Shown here one piece after another: positions 50,162-59,075 of a stretch of 64,000 nt of DNA. Position 1 is the stretch's first letter, and each line of letters begins with the position of its first letter. A program made the position numbers and the translations under genes. The notes below the pieces were generated by a model that was given only the letters and a program-made list of their open reading frames with translations, made no database searches and was not told where the DNA came from. The DNA comes from Dehalococcoidia bacterium (GTDB taxonomy: Bacteria; Chloroflexota; Dehalococcoidia; Bin125), in assembly GCA_963662615.2 (NCBI GenBank), contig CAXXSR010000001.1, forward strand, positions 160,001-224,000, given 5' to 3'.

Positions 50162-50860
50162 ATGCTACTCACACCGACGGAGATGGAGCGCCTGACAATC
50201 TTTTGCGCCGCGGAGCTGGCCCGCAAGCGGCGGGCGCGCGGCCTCCAGCTGAATCATCCCGAGACCGTTGCCTACATCGCCGACGAAATCCTTGAAGGCG
50301 CCCGCGACGGGAAGTCGGTCGCGGAGCTGATCAGCTTCGGCGCGACTCTCCTGACCACAGATGACGTCTTGCCCGGCGTAGCCGAGATGACGCCGATTAT
50401 CCAGGTGGAGGGCAGCTTCGACGACGGGACCAAACTGGTTACCGTCCACGATCCGATCAGACCCGGCGCCAAGGCGGTGGAGCCCGCCGCTCGCATTCCC
50501 GGCGAAGTGATCACCGCCGAAGGCGAAATCGAAATTAACGCGGGGCGGCGCCGGATCGCCGTGGTAGTGACCAATACGGGCGACCGGCCGGTGCAAGTCG
50601 GCAGCCATTACCACTTCTTTGAGGTCAACCGCTTCCTGGAGTTCGATCGCGCCGCCGCCTTCGGCATGCACCTGGACGTTCCCGCCGGCACGGCGCTGCG
50701 CTTCGAGCCCGGCGAGAGCAAAGAGGTGACGGTGGTGGAGTTTGGAGGTAGCGGAGATCTGTTCGGCCTCAACAGTCTGACGAACGGGCCGTTCCGCCTC
50801 GCCGGCGTTCGAGAGGCGGCGGTCCAACGCGCGCGCGCGCGCGGATTCAAGGGAGCCTGA
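50162..50860 (+). CDS. ureAB: fused urease gamma/beta subunit
   Basis: [20 protein letters not shown] then [25 protein letters not shown]. Confidence 0.93.
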   Translation: MLLTPTEMERLTIFCAAELARKRRARGLQLNHPETVAYIADEILEGARDGKSVAELISFGATLLTTDDVLPGVAEMTPIIQVEGSFDDGTKLVTVHDPIRPGAKAVEPAARIPGEVITAEGEIEINAGRRRIAVVVTNTGDRPVQVGSHYHFFEVNRFLEFDRAAAFGMHLDVPAGTALRFEPGESKEVTVVEFGGSGDLFGLNSLTNGPFRLAGVREAAVQRARARGFKGA

Positions 50861-50863
50861 GCG

Positions 50864-52576
50864 ATGGCCACGATCTCTCGCCGCCACTACGCCACGCTGT
50901 ATGGACCAACGACCGGCGACGCGATCCGGCTGGGTGACACGTCCCTCTTGGCCGAGATTGAGCGCGACCATGCCGTCCCCGGCGACGAATGCTTGCACGG
51001 CGGCGGGAAAACCCTCCGCGACGGGCTCGGGCAGGTCCCCGGGCTCACCAGTGCCGCGGGCTCGCTGGACATGCTGATCAGCAACGTCGTCGTGATTGAT
51101 CCCGTCCTCGGCATCGTCAAGGGTGATCTCGGTATCAAGGAGGGGCGCATCGTCGGGATCGGCAAGGCGGGCAATCCCGCCATCATGGACGGCGTGGATG
51201 CGCGCCTGCTGTGCGGCGCGGCGACCACGGTCCGCGACGGCGAGGGCCTCATCGCCACGCCGGGTGGCATCGACTGCCACGTGCATTTCGACAGCGCGCA
51301 GCTGGTCGAGCACGCGATCAGCTGCGGGATCACGACCATGCTGGGGGGCTCGCTGGGGCCGATCACCGTCGGCATTGACTCGGGCGGCGCCTGGAACGTC
51401 GGCAAGATGCTGCAGGCCGCCGAGCAGTGGCCAATGAACTTTGGCTTTCTGGGCCGCGGCAACTCCTCCAAGCCGGAGTCCCTGGTGGAACAGATCCAGG
51501 CCGGCTGCGTTGGTCTCAAGATCCACGAGGACTGGGGGGCCATGCCCGCTGTGATTGACTGTTGCCTCGCCGTCGCTGACGACATGGACGTGCAGGTCCA
51601 GCTCCATACCGACACGCTGAATGAGAGCGGTTTCCTGGAGGACACGCTGGCGGCGATCAAGGGCCGCACGATCCACATGTACCACGCCGAAGGCGCCGGC
51701 GGGGGTCATGCGCCCGACATCATCCGCGTCGCGGGCGAGCCCTACTGTCTCCCCTCGTCGACGAACCCTACGAACCCCTACACGGTCAACACCTTCGATG
51801 AGCACCTGGACATGATCATGGTCTGCCATCACCTCAACCCGGCCGTCCCGGAGGACGTCGCCTTCGCTGAGAGCCGCATCCGCCCGGAGACCATCGCCGC
51901 GGAGGACGTGCTCCACGACATGGGCGCCATCTCCATGCTGGACTCCGATAGCCAGGGCATGGGCCGGATCAACGAAGTGATCTGCCGCACTTGGCAGCTC
52001 GCCAGCAAGATGAAGGACCAGCGCGGCCGGCTCCCGGAGGAGAGCGGTCAGCACGGCGACAACGAGCGAATCAAGCGGTACATCGCGAAGTACACGATCA
52101 ACCCGGCGCGCACCTTCGGCATTGCCGCGGAGGTCGGCTCACTTGAAGCCGGCAAGCTCGCCGACGTGGTCCTCTGGCGCCCCGCCTTCTTCGGCGTGAA
52201 GCCCGAGCTCATGATCAAGGGCGGCTTCATTGTCTGGTCGGCGATGGGCGACAGCGCGGCGTCACTCATGACCTGTGAGCCGGTCATCATGCGGCCGCAG
52301 TGGGGCGCCTTCGGAGGAGCGCCGAAGGCCCTCAGTCTGAGTTTCGTCTCGCAAGCGGCTGTCGATCGCGACATTCAGGAACGCCTGCGCCTCGGCAAGG
52401 AGGTCGTGGCAGCGAAGGAGACGCGCCGGCTCGGCAAGTCTGCGATGCTGCACAACGACGCCTGCCCCGAGGTGCGCGTGAATCCCGAGACGTTTGAGGT
52501 TCACGTCGACGGGGAACTGGCGACCTGCGAGCCCGCCAGCGAACTGCCGCTGGCACGACGGTACATGTTGCGATGA
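50864..52576 (+). CDS. ureC: urease alpha subunit (divergent clade)
   Basis: [46 protein letters not shown]. Confidence 0.93.
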   Translation: MATISRRHYATLYGPTTGDAIRLGDTSLLAEIERDHAVPGDECLHGGGKTLRDGLGQVPGLTSAAGSLDMLISNVVVIDPVLGIVKGDLGIKEGRIVGIGKAGNPAIMDGVDARLLCGAATTVRDGEGLIATPGGIDCHVHFDSAQLVEHAISCGITTMLGGSLGPITVGIDSGGAWNVGKMLQAAEQWPMNFGFLGRGNSSKPESLVEQIQAGCVGLKIHEDWGAMPAVIDCCLAVADDMDVQVQLHTDTLNESGFLEDTLAAIKGRTIHMYHAEGAGGGHAPDIIRVAGEPYCLPSSTNPTNPYTVNTFDEHLDMIMVCHHLNPAVPEDVAFAESRIRPETIAAEDVLHDMGAISMLDSDSQGMGRINEVICRTWQLASKMKDQRGRLPEESGQHGDNERIKRYIAKYTINPARTFGIAAEVGSLEAGKLADVVLWRPAFFGVKPELMIKGGFIVWSAMGDSAASLMTCEPVIMRPQWGAFGGAPKALSLSFVSQAAVDRDIQERLRLGKEVVAAKETRRLGKSAMLHNDACPEVRVNPETFEVHVDGELATCEPASELPLARRYMLR

Positions 52577-53208
52577 CAGGCGACTCGAATCCCCAAACTT
52601 CCCACCGCCCTCGGATCGGCATCGGCGGACCGGTCGGTTCCGGCAAGACGGCGCTGATCGAATCGCTGATCCCCCGGCTCGGCGCACGAGGGTATGAGCT
52701 GGCCGTCATCACCAACGACCTGGTGACCCAAGAGGATGCGGAGCGGCTGCGGCGCTCCGGCCTGATCGTGCCCGAGCGCGTGCTGGCAGTGGAGACCGGC
52801 GCCTGTCCGCACACCGCCATCCGCGAGGATCCCACCCTGAATCTGGAGGCCGCTCGCCTTCTCGAGCGCCGCTTCCCGTCCCTGGACCTCATCTTGATCG
52901 AGAGCGGCGGTGACAATCTCGCCTCCACGTTCTCTCGGGAACTCATCGGCTACTGGCTCTTCGTAATCGATGTCGCGGCGGGCGATGATATCCCCCGCAA
53001 AGGTGGTCCGGGGATCACGCAGTGCGACCTGCTGGTGATCAACAAGGTTGACTTGGCGCCGTACGTGCATGCGGATGTGCAGGCGATGGAGAGGGACGCC
53101 GCCGCCGGGCGCGACAACCGTCCCGTGGCGCTGACGAACTGTCTCACGGGCGAGGGGGTGGAGGCGGTGGCAGACCGGCTCGCGGGCGCCGTCCTCGCCG
53201 CGGTCTAA
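52573..53208 (+). CDS. ureG: urease accessory GTPase UreG
   Basis: [27 protein letters not shown]. Confidence 0.95.
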   Translation: MTGDSNPQTSHRPRIGIGGPVGSGKTALIESLIPRLGARGYELAVITNDLVTQEDAERLRRSGLIVPERVLAVETGACPHTAIREDPTLNLEAARLLERRFPSLDLILIESGGDNLASTFSRELIGYWLFVIDVAAGDDIPRKGGPGITQCDLLVINKVDLAPYVHADVQAMERDAAAGRDNRPVALTNCLTGEGVEAVADRLAGAVLAAV

Positions 53209-53215
53209 GCCTGAC

Positions 53216-54055
53216 GTGGCCGATTCCTCAGATGCGCGCGCGGAGTTCCGCTTTCGCCGGAGCCCGTCCGGGGAGACCTACCTTGCCTCCCACTACGCTC
53301 CCTATCCGTTCCACATTGCGCGAGTGCTGCACCCCGATCCGGGCTGGCCGGACCTCCCGACACTTTGCCTCCAAAGCGCCTCGGGCGGCCTGTTCCAGGG
53401 AGACCGGCTCGCTGTGGCGGTCGAGATGGGGGAGGAGACGGTGGCCCAAATCACGTCCCAATCGGCAACCAAGGCCCACGGGATGCCTCGCCGCCCAGCG
53501 ATGCAGACCGTGGCGCTGAACTTGGATTCGGATTCGTACCTGGAATACCTCGCGGATCCCGTGATCCTCTTCCCCGCATCACGTGTCAGCAGCTCGCTGC
53601 GGATCCGTATCGCCCCCGGCGCCCGCGCCATCGCGCGGGAATCCTTCCTCCACCACGACCCGGCCGGGTCCTGCGACCCAGCCTTCGACCTCTTCGTCAG
53701 CGCCGTGTCGGTGGAAGACTCGGCCGGCGCACTCCTTGCCCTTGATCGACAGCGCATTGAGCGTCCGGGCGACCACGACGAAGTTCGTGAGGCGCTCCGC
53801 CACCATCGTGCCCAGGGCTCGATATACATTGTCGGGGCTGAGCCGACCCCAGAACTGCTGACCGCCCTCCGCGATGTCATTCCCCAGAATGACGAGCTGT
53901 ACGGCGGCGTGTCGAGCTTGCCGCACGGCTGCGGCGCGTATGCGCGCGTCTTGGCCCGCGACGGCCAAACCCTCCGTTCGGTGCTGGATCTGGCAGGCGC
54001 CGTCGCGCGTCGAATCATCACGGGGCGTTCGACCAAGGCGACCTGGCGGAAGTGA
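53216..54055 (+). CDS. ureD: urease accessory protein UreD
   Basis: SGGLFQGD, SQSATK, LEYLADPVI. Confidence 0.88.
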   Translation: MADSSDARAEFRFRRSPSGETYLASHYAPYPFHIARVLHPDPGWPDLPTLCLQSASGGLFQGDRLAVAVEMGEETVAQITSQSATKAHGMPRRPAMQTVALNLDSDSYLEYLADPVILFPASRVSSSLRIRIAPGARAIARESFLHHDPAGSCDPAFDLFVSAVSVEDSAGALLALDRQRIERPGDHDEVREALRHHRAQGSIYIVGAEPTPELLTALRDVIPQNDELYGGVSSLPHGCGAYARVLARDGQTLRSVLDLAGAVARRIITGRSTKATWRK

Positions 54056-54248
54056 GTGGTCAGCGCCCCAATTGCGACTCCACCCGCGCGCCTGTCCGTC
54101 CGACCTGCCGGGGCGAAGTCGGCATGCCCGGTGTAGGCTAGGCCTGCGCCCCGATCACCGGCAGCCGACCGCGCTAGCCGCGATGAGAGGCGCGGCACGC
54201 TCGCTCCTGCCCACGATCCCGCAAGCGAGGCGGGAGGGGGATGACACA

Positions 54249-55529
54249 ATGCGGCGGTTCACGGGGCTCACCATTGCCGCGTTCGCGCTGGCGGCGCTGG
54301 CCCTATCGGCCTGCGGAGGTGGCACCGACGACGCCTCCGAGCCGGCAGCGAGCAGCGAGCCGGTGGCGGCGGCGGAACCGGCGATCGCCGAGCGTCCCGC
54401 GGAGAGCGGCGAATCCAGCAGCCCACCTTCGCAGGAGGTCGCCGAGCCGGCTGACCAGGTCCGGGCCGAGTCCGCCCCGGACGCATCGGCGGAGGCCGCG
54501 GTCGCGGAACTGCCGGAGCTACTTCAGGCGCTGCTCGATGCCGGGCGGCTGCGCCTGGGTGTTGTCGGCGCGGCGATGGCCGTGCGCGCGCCCGCGCTGG
54601 GGACGTGGGTGGGGGCGAGCGGATCGTCTGACCGCGACGGCAACATCCCCACCGAGCCGGACCACCTCTTCCGCGTTGGCGACATGTCAATCCCGCTCGT
54701 CGCCGCCCTCATGCTGCAGCTTGCCGAGGAGGGCGTGCTCAGCCTGGACGATCCGCTCAGCGCGTACGTTGCCGATTTTCCCAATGGCGACGAGATCACG
54801 CTGCGCCAACTGCTCAATCACACCAGTGGCGTCGTCGACCTCTTCGATGACCGCGTGGGCGTCGCCCGGGAGGTCAGCGAGAGGCCCAACAAGGTCTGGA
54901 CGGCCGAGGAAGTGGTGGCGAGCACGACGGCGGCGCCGCCGTACTTCGAGCCGGGGGCCGGCTGGCGCTTTTCACGCACCGGGTACATCCTGCTGGGGAT
55001 GGTTGTGGAGGCCGCCACGGGGTCGCCGCTGAGCGTGGAGCTGCGGCGGCGGTTCTTCGAGCCGCTCGAACTCTCGCACACATTCATTGCGGAAGCGGAC
55101 ACGGACCCCGGCAGTATCGTTGAGGGGTTCGACGTGTTCGGGCGGTTTTTCGGTCCCTACACCGCCTGGAACACCGCGCTGGGAGCGGCGACAGGCGCCA
55201 TGGTTTCCAGCGCCGGCGATACGGTCCGCTGGGTCGAGGCGCTCTTCAGCGGCTCCCTCCTGAGCGACGCGTCCAGCGCGGAGATGCTCACCTTCGTGGA
55301 GGAGTTTCTCCCGCCAGGATTCGGCTACGGGCTGGGGATCGCCAGATTGGAGACGGGGCTCGGGGTCATGTTGACGCATGTCAGCGAGGGGCCGCCCGGT
55401 TTCGCCTCCGCCATGAGCTATTGGCCCGAGCACGACATCGCCGTGGTGGTGCTCGCCAACACGGGGGACGCGAGCTTCATTGACTTCTTTGTCGAGGTCG
55501 CGGGGCTCGTGTTGCAGCAACAGGGCTAG
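54249..55529 (+). CDS. beta-lactamase/serine hydrolase-fold lipoprotein with degenerate catalytic motifs
   Basis: LSAC lipobox; LSLDDPL, ITLRQLLNHTSG, FEPG, YGLG, VVVLAN; SxxK position reads DMSI. Confidence 0.85.
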   Translation: MRRFTGLTIAAFALAALALSACGGGTDDASEPAASSEPVAAAEPAIAERPAESGESSSPPSQEVAEPADQVRAESAPDASAEAAVAELPELLQALLDAGRLRLGVVGAAMAVRAPALGTWVGASGSSDRDGNIPTEPDHLFRVGDMSIPLVAALMLQLAEEGVLSLDDPLSAYVADFPNGDEITLRQLLNHTSGVVDLFDDRVGVAREVSERPNKVWTAEEVVASTTAAPPYFEPGAGWRFSRTGYILLGMVVEAATGSPLSVELRRRFFEPLELSHTFIAEADTDPGSIVEGFDVFGRFFGPYTAWNTALGAATGAMVSSAGDTVRWVEALFSGSLLSDASSAEMLTFVEEFLPPGFGYGLGIARLETGLGVMLTHVSEGPPGFASAMSYWPEHDIAVVVLANTGDASFIDFFVEVAGLVLQQQG

Positions 55530-55789
55530 CCGGCGCTCGTTTTCGTTGAAGAGCTGAGCGAGCGCCCTCCGCGCATGCGCCGCGTCGATGGCCCCTCATC
55601 GCACCGATGTGCTCGCCACGTTCGATGACACGCCGCCGCCGCCGACCGGCGAGCCCGGCCTCGGCGCGTCGAAGGCGAATCGGAGATATAGCGCGGCAAC
55701 GATCGTTCGTGTTGCGTAGCGGACCGCGCGGGGACGTGCGGCGCTGAGCACGCATCGATTTGTCCTTGCAGCGCCGTGTTGACTGCGGC

Positions 55790-56156
55790 CGCGACTTTGT
55801 CGCCCGCGCTAAGCGTATCGGCATCGAAACGGTGCTGATGCCCGTCCGGGCGCCCCAGGCAAACGGGGGCGCGGAGCGATGGGTCGGCGCGCTCCGCCGG
55901 GAGTGCCTCGACCACATCATCCTGCTCGGAGATCGCCACTTGCGCAGGGTGCTGGCCGAGTACGTCGCCTACGACAACGCGACGCGGCCGCACCAGGCCC
56001 TAGGCCAGGAGCCGCCCGCTGGCCCGCGTCGGCAGCGCCGCCCCATCGGCCCGGGGCAGATCGTCGCCGTGCCCATCCTCGGCGGCCTGCATCATGCCTA
56101 TCATTGGGCAGCCGCGTGCCGCCCAGGCGATGCAGACGGGGTTTTGCGCCGCTACA
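55790..56156 (+). mobile_element. truncated IS (integrase-core DDE transposase C-terminus plus probable right end)
   Basis: PVRAPQANGGAERWVGALRRECLDH, YDNATRPHQALG, PILGGLHHAY; ends gttttgcgccgctaca; N-terminal part missing. Confidence 0.8.
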
Positions 56157-56261
56157 ACATCAGGATCCTGAAGCAAGTCTGCAGGTCCCGCGATCGACAT
56201 CCCTGACTGCTGGGGAACATTTTCAACTCGAGCGACACGGCTCCAGGTGCTTCCCGGTTCC

Positions 56262-58787
56262 CTAGCGTGAGGGTTGCTCCCATGTAGCCGGGGCACTCAT
56301 GTCGACCCACACGCCTTCCCCAAAATCGATCGTTGTCGCCGTGTTGAGGAACGCGGGCGCGCCAGGCCGGAACGTCAAGAACGATTGCGTAACGCGATCC
56401 CAGGCGAAGACGGCGTTGACCTGGTCGATGATGCTCTCAATGGCGTCCTCGATAGGGGTCCCACTCGGACCGGTCCAAAGGACCAAGTTGAAGCCGTCGG
56501 CAAGGGCGACCGTTCGAGGCGCCGCGAAGTCGGGTTGAGGCCAGAAGGTTCCGCTTGGCTCGGTAACGAAGATGAAGACCGCGTCCCCCTGCGAGATTTC
56601 GTCAAGCGTGTTGAGGAACGCCGGCGCTGACGGCCGGTAGCTGAGGAACTCGTCGGCGCTCGGGTCCCAGGTGAAGATCGAGTCGAATGAATCCAGGATG
56701 TCAGCGGACGCTTCCTCAACGGGAGTGTTGCCGAGCCACCCTACGAGGCTCCAGCCCGGAGTGAGGTTGTATCCCAGCTCGAACAAGGGACCATCCAATC
56801 CCGGCGGCGGCAGGCTTGGCGCGTCGGAACCGAGGTAGACGGGAGTCCCGGGACTAAGGGAGACGCCGAGCGCTTCCTCGGTGCCACTCGACGCAGTGAC
56901 CGCCGCGTTGAAGGGTCCGCCGCCAGCCGGCACGAGTAGAGCGTAGACCGCGTTGCCCGGAAGGGCGTCCAGCGTCTGCCGACCGCTTCCGCCGAACTGC
57001 GGATTCGAGGCCGTCCCCCCCGTCTGGAGGGGTACGAGCAACCCCGCTTGTCCTACGCCCAGGCGCGGTAGGGTGAGGGCGCTGTTGGTCAGATTGGCGA
57101 GAAGGAGCAAGTCGAAGCCGTCGAAGCTGGCATCGAGCCCCGGGGGGCCGGCCGCGAGGAGCAACAGGGCTGCCTCCGCATTCGCGGGCGCGTTCGTGAG
57201 CTGGGTGATGTCGCCGCGCGTGAGCGTGGTAATCCCGAAGATGTCGGCGCCGTCCAGGAGATTGGGAATGAACGGCGTCTCGGGCGAGCCGGCAATCAAC
57301 GGATTCGCCTCGCGTGGCCCAGCGAAGGTCTCCTGCACAGCGCCCGTGACGGCGCCGACCACGACTTCCGTGTTGCTGCCGATGAGATAGCGGCCGGTCC
57401 CGCCATTGGGGCTACCCCCGCTCGTGTCGACCGTTGCCTGGTCGGCGTGGAGGACTGAGGCGAAGATCTTGATGGTGCCACCGGCGCCACCGCCACCTCG
57501 GCCCCCGCCCGCCCCTGCGCCGCCTCGCTCGCCGCCGCCACCCCCACCGCCGCCGCCGCCGGGCACGCCGAAGACCACCAGGGGGGCGGACCCGGTTGAT
57601 CCGTTCCCGCCGTCCGCTCCAGGGCCGCCGCCGTCACCGCGCGCGCCGCCTGTTCCGCCGGCGTCAGCGCCCTTGCCGCCGTTTGCGCCGCCCGCGCCGG
57701 ACTGGGACGGGCCACCCATTGCGCCGGCCGTTCCCGCGCCACCGCGCGCGTGCGCCGTACCTTCGACCCGGGCCTCGCCGAGAACGATGAATTCGATCGC
57801 GCCGCCTCCAGCGCCTCCAGCGCCTCCAGCGCCTCCAGCGCCCCCGGCCCCGCCATCGCCACCGGCTCCGCCAGATCCACCGGAGCCGCCGCCGGTGAGG
57901 GTGCAGCCGGAGCCGCCACCGCCGCCGCCTGCGCCACCGCCCCCCCCGCCACCGGCGCCGCCACCCCCGCCGGCACCGCTCCCGCCGGCAGCGCCTGCCG
58001 TGAGCGCCTCGCCGCTGGACGCGTTCTGTCCGCCGCCACCACCGGTCCCCTGCGCACCGAAGGCGCCGGGGTTACCGGCGTCGCCACCGAGCCCGGGCCC
58101 ACCGCCTCCACACCCCGTGACGGTTTTGGGCCCGCCCGCGCCGCCCGTCCCCCGAGCGCCACCGTTTGCGCCTGTGACGGTCGCGCCGGTCGCGCCAGGC
58201 CCGCCAGGCGTCGTGCTGCCAAAGCCGGCGCGGCCGGTCGTGCCCGCCGATCCGGCGAGGCCATCGCCCCCCTTACCACCAGCGGTCCCACCACCGCCGT
58301 TGCCGCCTGAGGTGAAGGCGCCGCCAGCGGAACCGCCGCCGCCACCGCCGCGGCCGTTTCCGCCGGTCCCGCTCGTGCCACCGGTTCCGCCAGCCGGGCC
58401 GGCGCCACCACCCGGACCCGGGGCGGCCTCATTCGTGGAGATATCAATCACGACGTCCAGCCCGATAGTCAGATTGTTCGCCACCACGATCGATGCCGGC
58501 CGAGCGCCTGTCACCTCGACACGGAAACTGCCGGGGATGTCCAGATCTCCCGCGATGTAGAAGCGGCTGATGCCGTCCTCGACTGCTGCGGTGAACGGCG
58601 TGCCGCGGAACGCGCTCGCGTCCCCGTCCCCATCGCCACTAATGGTGAGGGCGTCGGTGTCGATCGCGATGACGTCTGCCTGGGCCTGCGCGGGGCTGAC
58701 GCCGCCGAAGATCGTCAGCGTCCCAAGGATCGCGGCCAGTAGGGCAGCCCGCGGGTCTGGCCTGATCGTCGTGCGCAGAGCATGCAT
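56262..58787 (-). CDS. secreted Gly-rich (PGRS-like) surface protein with two C-terminal repeat domains
   Basis: Signal peptide ending PAQA; ~300-aa GGxGG tract; two LxxG(W/F)xLVxW...WD...FLxxRPxAPAFLNT repeats. Confidence 0.8.
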   Translation of the reverse strand: MHALRTTIRPDPRAALLAAILGTLTIFGGVSPAQAQADVIAIDTDALTISGDGDGDASAFRGTPFTAAVEDGISRFYIAGDLDIPGSFRVEVTGARPASIVVANNLTIGLDVVIDISTNEAAPGPGGGAGPAGGTGGTSGTGGNGRGGGGGGSAGGAFTSGGNGGGGTAGGKGGDGLAGSAGTTGRAGFGSTTPGGPGATGATVTGANGGARGTGGAGGPKTVTGCGGGGPGLGGDAGNPGAFGAQGTGGGGGQNASSGEALTAGAAGGSGAGGGGGAGGGGGGGAGGGGGGSGCTLTGGGSGGSGGAGGDGGAGGAGGAGGAGGAGGGAIEFIVLGEARVEGTAHARGGAGTAGAMGGPSQSGAGGANGGKGADAGGTGGARGDGGGPGADGGNGSTGSAPLVVFGVPGGGGGGGGGGERGGAGAGGGRGGGGAGGTIKIFASVLHADQATVDTSGGSPNGGTGRYLIGSNTEVVVGAVTGAVQETFAGPREANPLIAGSPETPFIPNLLDGADIFGITTLTRGDITQLTNAPANAEAALLLLAAGPPGLDASFDGFDLLLLANLTNSALTLPRLGVGQAGLLVPLQTGGTASNPQFGGSGRQTLDALPGNAVYALLVPAGGGPFNAAVTASSGTEEALGVSLSPGTPVYLGSDAPSLPPPGLDGPLFELGYNLTPGWSLVGWLGNTPVEEASADILDSFDSIFTWDPSADEFLSYRPSAPAFLNTLDEISQGDAVFIFVTEPSGTFWPQPDFAAPRTVALADGFNLVLWTGPSGTPIEDAIESIIDQVNAVFAWDRVTQSFLTFRPGAPAFLNTATTIDFGEGVWVDMSAPATWEQPSR

Positions 58788-58949
58788 GATTCTCCCCACT
58801 CCCGATCGAGATTCGCGGCGTCCACGCAGGGAAGCGCGGAGGACGCGTACCGTCAATCGACGCGCCGCCAGCCCTAGCTCAGACACGATGTGCGTCGTCC
58901 CTGGGCAGAGGCGGCCAAATCCGCTGCTCGGCTAGGAGGAGGCGTGTTC

Positions 58950-59024
58950 TGGAGCGGGAGAAGGGGCTCGAACCCTCGACCCTCTGCTTGGGAAGCAGAT
59001 GCTCTACCGCTGAGCTACTCCCGC
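58950..59024 (-). tRNA. tRNA-Gly (CCC)
   Basis: GCGGGAG TA GCTC AGCGGTA GAGC A TCTGC TTCCCAA GCAGA GGGTC GAGGG TTCGAGC CCCTT CTCCCGC T CCA; complete cloverleaf with encoded CCA. Confidence 0.97.
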
Positions 59025-59035
59025 TCGCGCCTCTC

Positions 59036-59041
59036 ATTGTA
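59036..59041 (-). promoter_or_regulatory. probable -10 element of tRNA-Gly promoter
   Basis: TACAAT ending 11 nt upstream of the tRNA 5' end. Confidence 0.45.
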
Positions 59042-59075
59042 GCGGTCGCCGTTTCTCGCTTGCGGACTGGGGCGG

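Larger units (their letters stand above)
29071..58996. mobile_element. putative degenerate genomic island between tRNA-Gly and its diverged direct 3' repeat
   Basis: Co-oriented tRNA 3' repeat about 30 kb downstream of the tRNA, mosaic cargo, IS remnant; no integrase inside. Confidence 0.4.

Noticed and set aside
55526-55993. Minus-strand 155-aa ORF
   Set aside because: Antisense shadow of the transposase fragment
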